DNA of 64,000 bases, from NCBI GenBank assembly GCA_038831915.1, contig JAWBKB010000001.1:96001-160000 (forward strand), read 5' to 3'. Under the pieces are notes generated by a model. The model was not told the DNA's origin. It searched no databases and worked only from the letters and a program-made list of their open reading frames with translations. Shown in pieces: positions 1 through 9,393 of the stretch; position 1 is the first letter of the stretch, and each line of letters opens with the position of its first letter. Origin of the DNA: Candidatus Caldarchaeum sp. GTDB taxonomy: Archaea; Thermoproteota; Nitrososphaeria_A; Caldarchaeales; Caldarchaeaceae. The translations under genes were made by a program, and so were the position numbers.

Positions 1-56
1 CAAATGAGAGCAAACTTTTATTTTTGTCCATAACCGACGTACACGGATTGTGACTC

Positions 57-1337
57 ATGGCAGCTTGGTGGAAAGACAAACGACTTTGGTTTGTAGTTTT
101 TCTCACGTTGTTGGCTTTCGGTATAAGGATTTACAAAATTCATATTCCGGACCGATTAATCGGTGACGAAGTTTACTACGTGCCGGCTGCCCGTAGTATC
201 TTGGGGCAGAACGAAGCAGGTGTTCCACGGGATGTTGGATACGCTCATCCACCTTTAGCTAAGATGATTATCGCTGTCGGAATCGCATTATTCGGAGACA
301 ACCCTTTTGGATGGAGAATAATGTCAGTAATCGCCGGCACCATAATCATCCCAGCGTTCTATGTTCTTGTCAAAAAACTGACGCAAGACTCGAAAGAGTT
401 GGAGAACGCGCCAACGTTGGCTGCTTTTCTAATGTCTTTCGAAACATTAACCTTCTATTTTTCACATGTGGCTAGAATCGACATTTTCATGATGCTGTTT
501 TTCATAGTCGGCGCGGTCTTTTTGATGGAGAAAAAAACTTGGAGAAAGCTTCTTGCCGCACCTCTGTTTGCCTTGTCTTTTCTTTCGAAGGAAGCCGCAT
601 TACTCATGATTCTACCACTTCTACTCTGGGCCGGGATAAGAACGGAGGCGAAAAACACGAGGAAAACAGCAAAAAAAGCCCCCCTCAAACATAGATTTGA
701 CTGGAAAACTGTCGGTGTTCTTTTGGCCGCTACAGGCATATGCATAGCAGGTATGTGGTATGTGCTCGAGTGGGTTGTTCTCACTCCTCGGGTTCCAAGC
801 TTGGTCGAACGGATTTCGCTGATGTTGCGAAGGCTTGATATAGACAATCCAGCGGCACGTGGTCGTAGCGAAATTTGGATGTGGTTCTTCAACCAACCCG
901 TTACAAGAGCTGCGGCTGTTCAGCCAGGGGTCAGAATAGACCCAGCAACCATAAACGTTGGTCCAATCCTCAATCCTGTTCTCCAGTACGCATACATCGT
1001 TCAACCAAGCTGGACCATCATCCTGCCCATGATTCCGACGATGGTCTACATGCTGTATCTTTCGCGGTCCAGCAGCGTCGCAAGGTTTGTGGCGATGTCC
1101 TGGTTTGGTGTACTGATAGGATGGATAATAGTCAACGTTGCTTTCAGAGGTTTGATGTACTTGTTTTACGTCTTGACCTTAGTTCCAGCGGTGATAATCG
1201 GAATCTCGATATATTTGAGTCGAGGCCTTTACTATGAATCAAAAAACAAATCCGTCAAAATATCGCTGATTAGTTTTGTGTATTTGTTGTTACATGTAGT
1301 CAATTTCGTCGCGTTATATCCCGTACCAGTCTCATAA
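57..1337 (+). CDS. GT-C fold glycosyltransferase (PMT/GT39-like, polyprenyl-phosphate-sugar dependent)
   Basis: Multi-TM protein with GDEVYY acidic loop after TM1, HPPLAK and FGWR motifs typical of the PMT family. Confidence 0.8.
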   Translation: MAAWWKDKRLWFVVFLTLLAFGIRIYKIHIPDRLIGDEVYYVPAARSILGQNEAGVPRDVGYAHPPLAKMIIAVGIALFGDNPFGWRIMSVIAGTIIIPAFYVLVKKLTQDSKELENAPTLAAFLMSFETLTFYFSHVARIDIFMMLFFIVGAVFLMEKKTWRKLLAAPLFALSFLSKEAALLMILPLLLWAGIRTEAKNTRKTAKKAPLKHRFDWKTVGVLLAATGICIAGMWYVLEWVVLTPRVPSLVERISLMLRRLDIDNPAARGRSEIWMWFFNQPVTRAAAVQPGVRIDPATINVGPILNPVLQYAYIVQPSWTIILPMIPTMVYMLYLSRSSSVARFVAMSWFGVLIGWIIVNVAFRGLMYLFYVLTLVPAVIIGISIYLSRGLYYESKNKSVKISLISFVYLLLHVVNFVALYPVPVS

Positions 1338-1363
1338 AAACACCAGCGCGCGATTGATTCCGA

Positions 1364-1448
1364 TGCGGGGGGTGGGATTTGAACCCACGAACCCCTTCGG
1401 GACAGGGGCCTGAACCCTGCGCCGTTGACCAGGCTTGGCGACCCCCGC
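1364..1448 (-). tRNA. tRNA-Leu(CAG)
   Basis: Reverse complement GCGGGGG...CAGGG-TT-CAG-GC-CCCTG...long variable arm...GGTTCAAATCC...CCCCCGCA; 85 nt, no intron, CCA not encoded. Confidence 0.95.
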
Positions 1449-1567
1449 AGCGGTTCTAATTTTCGTATCGGAATTGATAAGGGTTGCGAATTCGTTTGAC
1501 GACTTTTTCGTGAGTTTTATTTCTTTATGTTTTTATGTTCGGGGTTATGTGATGTGGCCGGAGAAAA

Positions 1568-2725
1568 TTGACCGAAGTTGTGACAGGTTTAGGCTACATG
1601 AACAAGGTTTACAAAAACGTTAGCAGCATTGACATGAACAGTTTGGAAAGACTTTTGCATGACATTCAGTCCGCAGGCGTGATTATTCCGCTTGGTGAAG
1701 GCCGTTCAAAAGGTGCTTTAAGCATCGCCATGAGTGAGTTGGCGAAGATGCGTGACGGCAAAATCGTGATAGACCGCGGGGACATCGGGTTTCCGGGCCG
1801 AGAAATGGCTGAAGCAGCTCCCATACTCAAGCAAAGGTTTGGCCGGGTTTGTCTCCTCATCAACTCCGGGTCGGGAAGAAGCATGACACCTTTGGTGGAC
1901 GCGCAAAACCTCGCCTCATACATCGGGAAAACCGGCGCACACCGCGATTACATAATTGATTTAGTCACTTCGGACGTCGAATCACCTCTCGCAAAAATCG
2001 CTTCCAAATACGGCAGCGTTGTCGAGCTTGCGGGAAGAGAGGAAGTCGTCGAAGCTGAAGAAGCCAAAGTTTTCCGCGACGTAGGAATCATGGAAGACAC
2101 GTTTATTCTCGGAAGCGGAGTCGTTTTTCATGCCATCGCGGAAACTCTTTATGATAAAGCGTTGCCGCACAAAGCTCACGAATACGCTCGCGAAATCTGC
2201 GCTGAGGCGGCGAGGGTGGTGGAAAAAAGCCTTTCATCGGAATTCTATGAATTCGTCACAAGAAAGCTTGAGACACGGAGCCTCGCATTCTTCGCCGGGT
2301 TGGGGAGTAGCTATGAAGTAGCTCGAATGACCGCTGTCAGAGTTGGGCATATCAAGCGCGCGATAGGCGACCAAGTTTATGTCGCGAGAGAATCCAGCAC
2401 CCCGGCCCCCAGGAACGGAGACCTTCTCATAGTTGTCTCAAGCAGCGGTGAAACGGAAATTGTAGCGACATGGTGTAAAAGCTTTAAACGGATGGGTGGG
2501 CAAATCGCCGCCGTCGTGGGAAATGCTGACAGCACCATCGCAGCCATGGCCGATGGTGTTTTAGAAATTCCCGCGAAAACCGAACCAGGGCGGCCAAACC
2601 GGTTCTACGTATATGCGGAATTCGTCCTCAGCCCACTACCTATCTTACTCGTCGAAAGCCTTGAAGCAAAAGGATTCAGGCTACCGGAATATATCCTCCG
2701 CTGGCACCAAAGCGTGACTGCATAG
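1568..2725 (+). CDS. Tandem SIS-domain protein (6-phospho-3-hexuloisomerase/HxlB-like)
   Basis: GEGRS and NSGSGRS in the N-terminal half; GLGSS and VSSSGET in the C-terminal half: two SIS domains. Confidence 0.7.
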   Translation: MTEVVTGLGYMNKVYKNVSSIDMNSLERLLHDIQSAGVIIPLGEGRSKGALSIAMSELAKMRDGKIVIDRGDIGFPGREMAEAAPILKQRFGRVCLLINSGSGRSMTPLVDAQNLASYIGKTGAHRDYIIDLVTSDVESPLAKIASKYGSVVELAGREEVVEAEEAKVFRDVGIMEDTFILGSGVVFHAIAETLYDKALPHKAHEYAREICAEAARVVEKSLSSEFYEFVTRKLETRSLAFFAGLGSSYEVARMTAVRVGHIKRAIGDQVYVARESSTPAPRNGDLLIVVSSSGETEIVATWCKSFKRMGGQIAAVVGNADSTIAAMADGVLEIPAKTEPGRPNRFYVYAEFVLSPLPILLVESLEAKGFRLPEYILRWHQSVTA

Positions 2726-3778
2726 CTATTCCAGCACAGGCCTTATCGGTCTACCCAACTGTTCATAAAACTCTCTCATCCAAGGCAATATATCACGGCC
2801 CAGTAAGTTGAGAAACCTTTCCTCGTTCGGGCTCGCGCTGTGGATGTAAACGCGGTCAAACCCAAGCCTGAGGAAATTGGCCAAAGCCTTGAAAATATCG
2901 TCGACGTCCGTAGTTATGAGCCACGTTTCTTTGATTTTTTGTCTTTCGACTTCTCCGACCATAGCCTCTAACACACGCGGGTCTGAAATCTGTTCGCGTT
3001 TGTCCCGAGGAATCGCTGTCGGGGCCCAGAACAAAGCAGCACGATACGCTCTTTCGTAATCGTGGTCGTAGGATACTTTGAATTCGAGACATTTGCTCAA
3101 TTTCGAAGGGTCTTTACCCGCTTTTTTCGCCCCTCTCTCCAACGCATTCACAATCGACATGTAATTCTCCATACCACGTGGATTCGTGATTATTCCGTCG
3201 CAATATTCTCCAGCTATTTCAGCAACAGTCGCGTTAGACGTCGCAACGTAGATCGGAATCTTCGTCTTCGGCTTGGTGTACAGCTTGGCACTCTTAATCT
3301 TGTAATACATCCCGTCGTAGTCGACGAAATCGCCGCGCCAAAGCAATTGAATTATCTCAATCGCTTCTTTAAGCCGTTGAACTTTTTCCTTAAATCCGGG
3401 CCATTTGAAGCCGAGAGGTGTTTCATTCATCGCATGCCCCGTTCCGACCGTTATGAAAATCCTGCCGGGATATAGATAGTTGAGTGTGGCAAACGCTTGA
3501 GCAACTATAGCGGGATGATACCTGAAAAGAGGAGTGGTAACAGCTGTCCCTACTTCGACTTTCTTCGTCTTCTCCGCGATTGCCCCTACAACAACCCACG
3601 GAAAACCGGCCTGCCCGCCGGTGTCTACCCATGGATGAAAATGATCACTTACTGCTATGATGTCAAACCCAACAGCTTCAGCGTGAATCGCATGAGCTAC
3701 AATTCTGTCCGGGTCATACTGTTCCATCCCAGCCCAATAACCCAGCCGAAGAACACCTTCAGCAGCCACATCAGTCAA
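2726..3778 (-). CDS. F420-dependent LLM-class oxidoreductase (G6PDH/FGD-like)
   Basis: SDHFHPW, GTAVTTP.FRYHPAIVAQAFATL and GTGHAMNE motifs of the FGD family. Confidence 0.85.
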   Translation of the reverse strand: MTDVAAEGVLRLGYWAGMEQYDPDRIVAHAIHAEAVGFDIIAVSDHFHPWVDTGGQAGFPWVVVGAIAEKTKKVEVGTAVTTPLFRYHPAIVAQAFATLNYLYPGRIFITVGTGHAMNETPLGFKWPGFKEKVQRLKEAIEIIQLLWRGDFVDYDGMYYKIKSAKLYTKPKTKIPIYVATSNATVAEIAGEYCDGIITNPRGMENYMSIVNALERGAKKAGKDPSKLSKCLEFKVSYDHDYERAYRAALFWAPTAIPRDKREQISDPRVLEAMVGEVERQKIKETWLITTDVDDIFKALANFLRLGFDRVYIHSASPNEERFLNLLGRDILPWMREFYEQLGRPIRPVLE

Positions 3779-3870
3779 GAGCCCGCCCTACTATTAAAAA
3801 TTGCACAGCTCATACATGGTCACAATTTTCTTCACAAATTGATAAAAGCGACGTTTGAAATTCTTTCGCT

Positions 3871-4755
3871 TCAAATCACTACCTGATTTTGTATGTTTCT
3901 TGAGCCTAAGATGGTTGTTTCACGTGCTGAAGCTCTTACGCCTTTAACAATTATCATTTCGGCGAAGTTTCTGAAGAAAGGAGATCTTAACTCCAAAAGG
4001 GCGAAGAATTTTAGGAGCAGTCTAAAGGATTTGCTGTTTCGAAGTCTATCAACCCCTCTGTTCGAGGTCCAAAGGTCAAGCCACCTTAATTGCTTGGGAA
4101 ACAGATGATAACCTGACAGTTCAATGTTAGAAAGGATTGCTGCCTTCGCAAGCGAATAAAGCTGAGTTCTGTGGAAATGTTTCTCTGGGTTTGTGAAGTT
4201 TGCCATGAAGCCCAACACATGCAGAATTTTTGATGAAAGAAGACGCATGGAATAGTTCGCGATGTTTGGAACGGCGACTAAAACCTCTCCACCGTATTTG
4301 ACAACTCGTGTCTGTTGGTAAAACGCTTGAGCATACTCTTCCACATGTTCTATGCTGCCGAAGCTGCAGGAGATGTCCACCGCCTGCGACCTGATCGGCA
4401 ACCTTCGAAAGTCCGAAACTATGAAATGCGACCTGTTATACAGATTTCTCTCTTTGGCTCTCTCCGCCGCTCTTTTAATTATTCCGGCTGAAATATCGAC
4501 GGAAATCAAGTCTGCATCTTCGCCCATCATGTAAAAGCCGTATTGTGTGTTTGTCGCTTCATTATACGCGTCAAGCTTGAGAATCCGACTGCGTTTCACT
4601 GAGGTGAGGGACGACACCAAGGAAATCACTAGTCGTCGGTAGAAAATGTCCGTAACGGTGGGTCTCTTTTGTCTGAGATGATAAGACGTTTTTGCCACGT
4701 GGTCCCAGTATTCGGTCAATGATTCAATCTGTGTTGGCGTCTGTTTTTTACGCAA
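3871..4755 (-). CDS. Class I SAM-dependent methyltransferase
   Basis: VDIS, SDFRRLP, GSIEHV and RVVKYGG motifs; motif I atypical (LKLDAYNE). Confidence 0.7.
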   Translation of the reverse strand: MRKKQTPTQIESLTEYWDHVAKTSYHLRQKRPTVTDIFYRRLVISLVSSLTSVKRSRILKLDAYNEATNTQYGFYMMGEDADLISVDISAGIIKRAAERAKERNLYNRSHFIVSDFRRLPIRSQAVDISCSFGSIEHVEEYAQAFYQQTRVVKYGGEVLVAVPNIANYSMRLLSSKILHVLGFMANFTNPEKHFHRTQLYSLAKAAILSNIELSGYHLFPKQLRWLDLWTSNRGVDRLRNSKSFRLLLKFFALLELRSPFFRNFAEMIIVKGVRASARETTILGSRNIQNQVVI

Positions 4756-4838
4756 TTCGATGTATGGATTTATGAAGTTGGTAAAATATGTTTTGTGGCT
4801 TTCGAAGGGTTGATAAATAGTGTTGTCGCTGTGTTGTT

Positions 4839-5492
4839 ATGTGGATTTTTCTTTCACACAAATTATCAACTTCGACACCGAGCTATGATGACGGTCCACG
4901 ACTTGAGACAACGCCCGTCAAGCAGATTGCCAGGGGAGACAGCAGCAACACATACTTCATCAAAATGCTTAACCATTTGGGAACCCATGTGGATGCCCCT
5001 AACCATTTTGACCGTGAGGGCCGACCGATAGCGTCCTACACCGCGGAAGAGCTGGTCTTTGAAAAGCCGTTGTTCATCGAAATCACGAAAAGCGTAGGTG
5101 AGGTTATCAAAGCTGAGGATATTCAGTCCCACGAAGCTGAAATCGCGGATTCCGACCTCCTTTTGATAAGAACGGGAATTCAGAGGTTTCGAGAATCCAA
5201 CCCAGAGGCATTCATGAAGAGAGGAGTCTGCCTTTCGGTTGAGGCCGCTGAATTTCTGCGTAAATTCAAAAGGTTGCGAGCTCTAGGAGTTGACGCCATA
5301 TCCATTTCCTCACCTTTGATGCGTGAAGTTGGACGTGAGGCTCACAGGAGGCTTCTCATGGGCCGAAGCTTTCTCATCATCGAAGACATGGACCTTCTCG
5401 GCAAACCCACGAGGTTGAAAAAAGTCATCGTTGCGCCTTTGATGGTGGAAGGGGTTGACAGTTCTCCGTGCACTGTTTTGGCCGAAGTTTAG
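4839..5492 (+). CDS. Cyclase family protein (kynurenine formamidase-like)
   Basis: HLGTHVDAP.H metal motif, LLIRTG, GVDAIS, IIED. Confidence 0.88.
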   Translation: MWIFLSHKLSTSTPSYDDGPRLETTPVKQIARGDSSNTYFIKMLNHLGTHVDAPNHFDREGRPIASYTAEELVFEKPLFIEITKSVGEVIKAEDIQSHEAEIADSDLLLIRTGIQRFRESNPEAFMKRGVCLSVEAAEFLRKFKRLRALGVDAISISSPLMREVGREAHRRLLMGRSFLIIEDMDLLGKPTRLKKVIVAPLMVEGVDSSPCTVLAEV

Positions 5493-6331
5493 AAGATTCC
5501 GCCCACTGCAAAGGAAATCAAGGCGAGCAGCATCCAGACGAGGGTGAGGTTTTTCTGTTTTCTCGCTGTGCCTGATGTTGGGCTTTGCAACACTTTGACG
5601 CTCGAGTAGATGAATCCGGCGTCGGCAACTGCGACAACGGGCATGTAGAGGGGTCCTACTACGTTGAGCAGGTAGGGCAGCGGGCTGAGAGCTACCGCTG
5701 TCAAGTAAAATGCCGCACCTAGCATGGCTGCTGCCGGTAGCCCATGTTTACGCGCTATCGTGGATACTTTTCTTACGGAGTCGCCCTCCACGTCTGTCAT
5801 GCCTTTGATGACTTCCCGACCCGTGTTAGCTAAAAAGGCGAGCAGAGCTAGGATTAGAACTCTCGAAGTAACCGTGCCGTCTGAAAGCAGCGACCCGTAG
5901 ATAAACGGGGCGACGACCGTGAAGCTTACGACCAAGTTGCCGAGAAAACCGGTTTTCTTGAGAAACCAATTATACAAGGTGGCTACGACATAGGTGAACG
6001 ACGCCATCAACCCACATGGCATCGAAGTCAAAAACGCCGCCGAAAGGCCAACAAAAGCGGTAAAGCCTGCGAAAACAACTGCCTTGCTTTCTGAAATTTG
6101 ACCGGAAGGAATAGGTCGGGAGGGGTTGTTAACTAAATCAACTTCCTTATCGAAGTAGTCGTTTAGAGCCATCGAAGAGCTGGTCAACCCAAACGAAGTG
6201 ACAAAAGCGTACACGGCTGTTTCGATGTTAATATTGCGGTTTTCTGAGAAAAGAACACCAATGAGGACTGCGAAAAACATCATCAACCCATTAGGCGGCC
6301 TAGAAAGCTTCAGCAACGCTGATGCCGACAA
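5489..6331 (-). CDS. Digeranylgeranylglyceryl phosphate synthase (UbiA family)
   Basis: NDYFDKEVDLVNNPSRPIPSG and REVIKGMTDVEGD motifs; start refined to TTG after a GAGGTGA SD. Confidence 0.85.
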   Translation of the reverse strand: MSASALLKLSRPPNGLMMFFAVLIGVLFSENRNINIETAVYAFVTSFGLTSSSMALNDYFDKEVDLVNNPSRPIPSGQISESKAVVFAGFTAFVGLSAAFLTSMPCGLMASFTYVVATLYNWFLKKTGFLGNLVVSFTVVAPFIYGSLLSDGTVTSRVLILALLAFLANTGREVIKGMTDVEGDSVRKVSTIARKHGLPAAAMLGAAFYLTAVALSPLPYLLNVVGPLYMPVVAVADAGFIYSSVKVLQSPTSGTARKQKNLTLVWMLLALISFAVGGIF

Positions 6332-6341
6332 CTGCTTCACC

Positions 6342-6890
6342 TCATTTGTTCCAAAGCTCGACAACCGATGCCTGATAGTACACGACTTCGTTTCTTCTGT
6401 CAAGAACGGCTACAACGCCCGTTTTGTCCATGGCTCGACATGTTCTCAACAAACTCAATAATTCATCCATCTGCAAGCTTTCACCTTCGTAAACTGGAAT
6501 GATCAAGTATTTGGCTGGTTTTTCCAAGTATTCCCCTCTTTCGAAGACGCGGAACCGCAGTTTTGGGCCGAAGCCTTCTTTAACGACGTATCGACGTTTA
6601 CGAAGGTCCATGTAGATTACGTAGTCCCTCCAAATGTTTCTGTCAACCGAGCTGAAACGAGTTAAAAGGTCGTTAAATTCGAGTTTTCGACCCGCTTGGT
6701 AGACCACGGCTTTGCCATTTCTGACCAAGTAGAGTGTTTCGACGGGGCTGAACGTGTATTTGTCATTCGTTTGCCGATCTCCGTATCCTCTTTCCTTGAA
6801 CCATGCCAGGTCACCGCTGATAAACAACGCTTTGCCGTCTTCGGTTAACTCAAGCTTCGCCGGCTCAGCCAAAGGCTTTTCCTCGGTCAA
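6342..6890 (-). CDS. endA: tRNA-splicing endonuclease subunit, probably non-catalytic beta type
   Basis: FSPVETLYL, Y.DLRKR.Y.VK.GFG, FRVF and VVYY motifs; catalytic Tyr/His not evident. Confidence 0.8.
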   Translation of the reverse strand: MTEEKPLAEPAKLELTEDGKALFISGDLAWFKERGYGDRQTNDKYTFSPVETLYLVRNGKAVVYQAGRKLEFNDLLTRFSSVDRNIWRDYVIYMDLRKRRYVVKEGFGPKLRFRVFERGEYLEKPAKYLIIPVYEGESLQMDELLSLLRTCRAMDKTGVVAVLDRRNEVVYYQASVVELWNK

Positions 6891-6898
6891 AGCCCTTT

Positions 6899-7720
6899 AT
6901 GAAGAGGGTAAGTCGATATATATTCCTGAAACATTGTTTAAGTAGCGTAAAGAATAAGAAAAGGTCGGTCCACGTGGTCGTGGTGAAACATTCAAGAACA
7001 CTGCTACTCTTAGTTATTCTGTCGTTTCTCATAGCGTTCAATGTTTTCGAGATAATTCCCCCAATTTCATCAAGTTCTGTCACCATTGATATTCAGTTAG
7101 GCGAATCGCCTGTAAGGCCTTACATTCTCAGGGTGAAGGTCGAAAAAATGGTTGAACCGGATGGATTGGTTCGGCCAGTTGCACGTGCTGCCGTCAGCTT
7201 TAATGAGTTGGTTAGCTTGACGAACACGAACGGTTATGCATATTTCACGGCTTTACCGGGCAAACACGTTGTTACGATTTCCTCTCCACAATCATTTTTC
7301 CCCACCTACTCTACAGAGGTAGAAATAAACACGCGTGTGACAGAGGTCGTTGTCCGCTTCACTGAATATAGGCTCAGACCCGAACAAATCAACATACTGG
7401 TCGATACACCGGCTCAAGTAACAATCGTGACCTTCACACAATCCCTTGTCAGCAACAAAACATTATACGTTGGCCTCCCGTACATCACTTTTATCAACTT
7501 CGAAAACTACTTGAAGCGATTTATCGGTGAGACAACGATACCCTACCTTGCGGAAGCTCCAGCCCAGTACAGTGGTCCGTTCACCTTGGTTGAAGCATCA
7601 GATAATTTTACGAATTATCAGACCAGCGCCGCTGTTCAAGACCTGATTCAATTAATCGTGGTCGACGAAAGCTTTGTTCCAGCTTATCATGTGGAAGCGG
7701 TTATTTTTAAGATGGGGTGA
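6899..7720 (+). CDS. Secreted/membrane-anchored beta-sandwich protein
   Basis: N-terminal hydrophobic segment; TNTNGYAYF..LPG.H motif (carboxypeptidase-regulatory-like); true start probably a GTG near 6974-6983. Confidence 0.6.
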   Translation: MKRVSRYIFLKHCLSSVKNKKRSVHVVVVKHSRTLLLLVILSFLIAFNVFEIIPPISSSSVTIDIQLGESPVRPYILRVKVEKMVEPDGLVRPVARAAVSFNELVSLTNTNGYAYFTALPGKHVVTISSPQSFFPTYSTEVEINTRVTEVVVRFTEYRLRPEQINILVDTPAQVTIVTFTQSLVSNKTLYVGLPYITFINFENYLKRFIGETTIPYLAEAPAQYSGPFTLVEASDNFTNYQTSAAVQDLIQLIVVDESFVPAYHVEAVIFKMG

Positions 7721-7726
7721 AGGAAG

Positions 7727-8164
7727 ATGGAATCTATTATCTACGATGTTTCTTTCTGGCTCGTCGTCAACTTCCTATTAATTGTGGCGGTTTTAGGACT
7801 TGTGCTGATACGGCAGCAACTGACAAAACCGGTAGCCCATGCTGCGGCTGTAATCCAACAAAAAAAGCTCGACGAAGAGTTGGCATTGTACAAATCGATG
7901 ATAGATGAAGGGAACGGAAAAGAAGCCGTCAAAACTGTTTTTCGATCGGTTTGGAAAAAAATTTGCCGGCTATATGCGGTCGATGAAAGGGGCTTGACAG
8001 TGGTCGAAGTTATGAGCTCTGGGAAGCTGCCAGAAAAAATCCGAGAAAAAATTCTTCTACTTTATCGGATTTATGAGCCTGTGAAATTCGGTGATGTCGA
8101 GCCTTCGCGTGAACAGTTGATGGTTTTCGGTAAAACTTTAGAACAGTTGTCGGAGGATTTTTAG
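7727..8164 (+). CDS. Membrane protein, DUF4129-like
   Basis: One N-terminal TM; LTVVE and YEPVKFG resemble DUF4129; GGGGTGA SD; upstream of MoxR. Confidence 0.6.
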   Translation: MESIIYDVSFWLVVNFLLIVAVLGLVLIRQQLTKPVAHAAAVIQQKKLDEELALYKSMIDEGNGKEAVKTVFRSVWKKICRLYAVDERGLTVVEVMSSGKLPEKIREKILLLYRIYEPVKFGDVEPSREQLMVFGKTLEQLSEDF

Positions 8165-8168
8165 GGCC

Positions 8169-8441
8169 TTGATAGAGCCTGCGCTGCTTGTCTTAATCTT
8201 TCTCGTGGCTGCGGGGTTCTTACTTCTCTACCTGACGCCGAGGGAGAAAACAAAGAAATCGACCCCGCGTGGTAAGGAGTTTGAATGGCTTGACGATTTC
8301 GCACTCCTGCTTGTTTTGGTGAAATCCCGCAAATACGTGGAAGCTTTGAAGAGGGTGAAAAAGATTCTTCGGAAAGAACGGAACGCAGAAAGACGGCTTA
8401 TACTCGAAAAATTCAGAGCGGAGGTGAAAAAAGCTGTCTAA
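8169..8441 (+). CDS. Small membrane protein of the MoxR operon
   Basis: N-terminal TM, GGAGGA SD, tight operon spacing. Confidence 0.6.
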   Translation: MIEPALLVLIFLVAAGFLLLYLTPREKTKKSTPRGKEFEWLDDFALLLVLVKSRKYVEALKRVKKILRKERNAERRLILEKFRAEVKKAV

Positions 8442-9393
8442 TCCCACAAGTGCTGCTGAAATCGCTGCCAAAGTCAAAGCCGAAGTCGGCAAAGCCATCG
8501 TCGGCATGAACGAAGCTATCGAATCTCTAATCATCGCGCTTCTCACTGGGGGGCACGTCATAATGGAGGGCGTGCCAGGGCTCGCGAAGACTCTTCTCGC
8601 AAAATCTTTCGCGCTGTCTCTCGGTCTCAGCTTCAAACGTCTTCAGTTTACCGTGGATATCTTACCGTCGGACATCATCGGGGGCCTTGTGTTCAACAGA
8701 AAGACGGGCGAATTAGAATTTCGTCCTGGGCCGATTTTCGCTAACGTGGTTTTGATCGATGAAATTAACAGGGCGCCGCCCCGTAGTCAGTCGGCTCTGC
8801 TCGAAGCCATGCAAGAAAGACAAGTTACCGTGGAAGGTGTGACCTACAAACTGCCCAATCCTTTTTTGGTTATCGCGACGCAGAACCCGGTGGAGCTTGA
8901 GGGAACGTTTCCTCTGCCGGAGGCAGAAATTGACCGCTTCATGATGCGAGTTCTCGTGTCGTATCCAAGCCGTGAAGATGAGGAGAAAATTCTTCAGATG
9001 AGGAACGTTATGGGTGAAGAAGTAAATATCGACGCCGTGACTGACCAGCAAGCTTTAGCCGTCGCGGCTGAAGAAGTTCACGCGGTAAAAGTCGTCCCTG
9101 AAATAATCCAGTTCATCGTGGATATCGTTGGGAGAACCCGCTCGGATGAAAAGCTTGTTATCGGTGCAAGCCCAAGGGCTGAAATCGCACTCCTATACGC
9201 GTCGAAAGCATTAGCTGCTCTCAACAACCGTAGCTATGTCATTCCCGACGACGTCAAAAAAGCATGCTTCCGCGTTCTCAACCACCGGCTTGTTCCCAAA
9301 CCCGAATACATCGAAATATCCAAGAGAATCGACTACGGATTTGTGTCAAAAGCTATCAGCGAATATCTTGCATCAGTTGAGGTTCCCGTGTAA
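8434..9393 (+). CDS. moxR: MoxR family AAA+ ATPase (probable CTG start at 8434)
   Basis: GVPGLAKT, RLQFT.D, DEINRA.P..QSALLEAMQE, ATQNP.E.EGT; conserved N-terminus KAIVG lies upstream of the ORF-track ATG at 8506. Confidence 0.92.
   Translation: MSNPTSAAEIAAKVKAEVGKAIVGMNEAIESLIIALLTGGHVIMEGVPGLAKTLLAKSFALSLGLSFKRLQFTVDILPSDIIGGLVFNRKTGELEFRPGPIFANVVLIDEINRAPPRSQSALLEAMQERQVTVEGVTYKLPNPFLVIATQNPVELEGTFPLPEAEIDRFMMRVLVSYPSREDEEKILQMRNVMGEEVNIDAVTDQQALAVAAEEVHAVKVVPEIIQFIVDIVGRTRSDEKLVIGASPRAEIALLYASKALAALNNRSYVIPDDVKKACFRVLNHRLVPKPEYIEISKRIDYGFVSKAISEYLASVEVPV

Noticed and set aside
1435-1623. 62-aa ORF
   Set aside because: Overlaps tRNA-Leu and its promoter; no protein features
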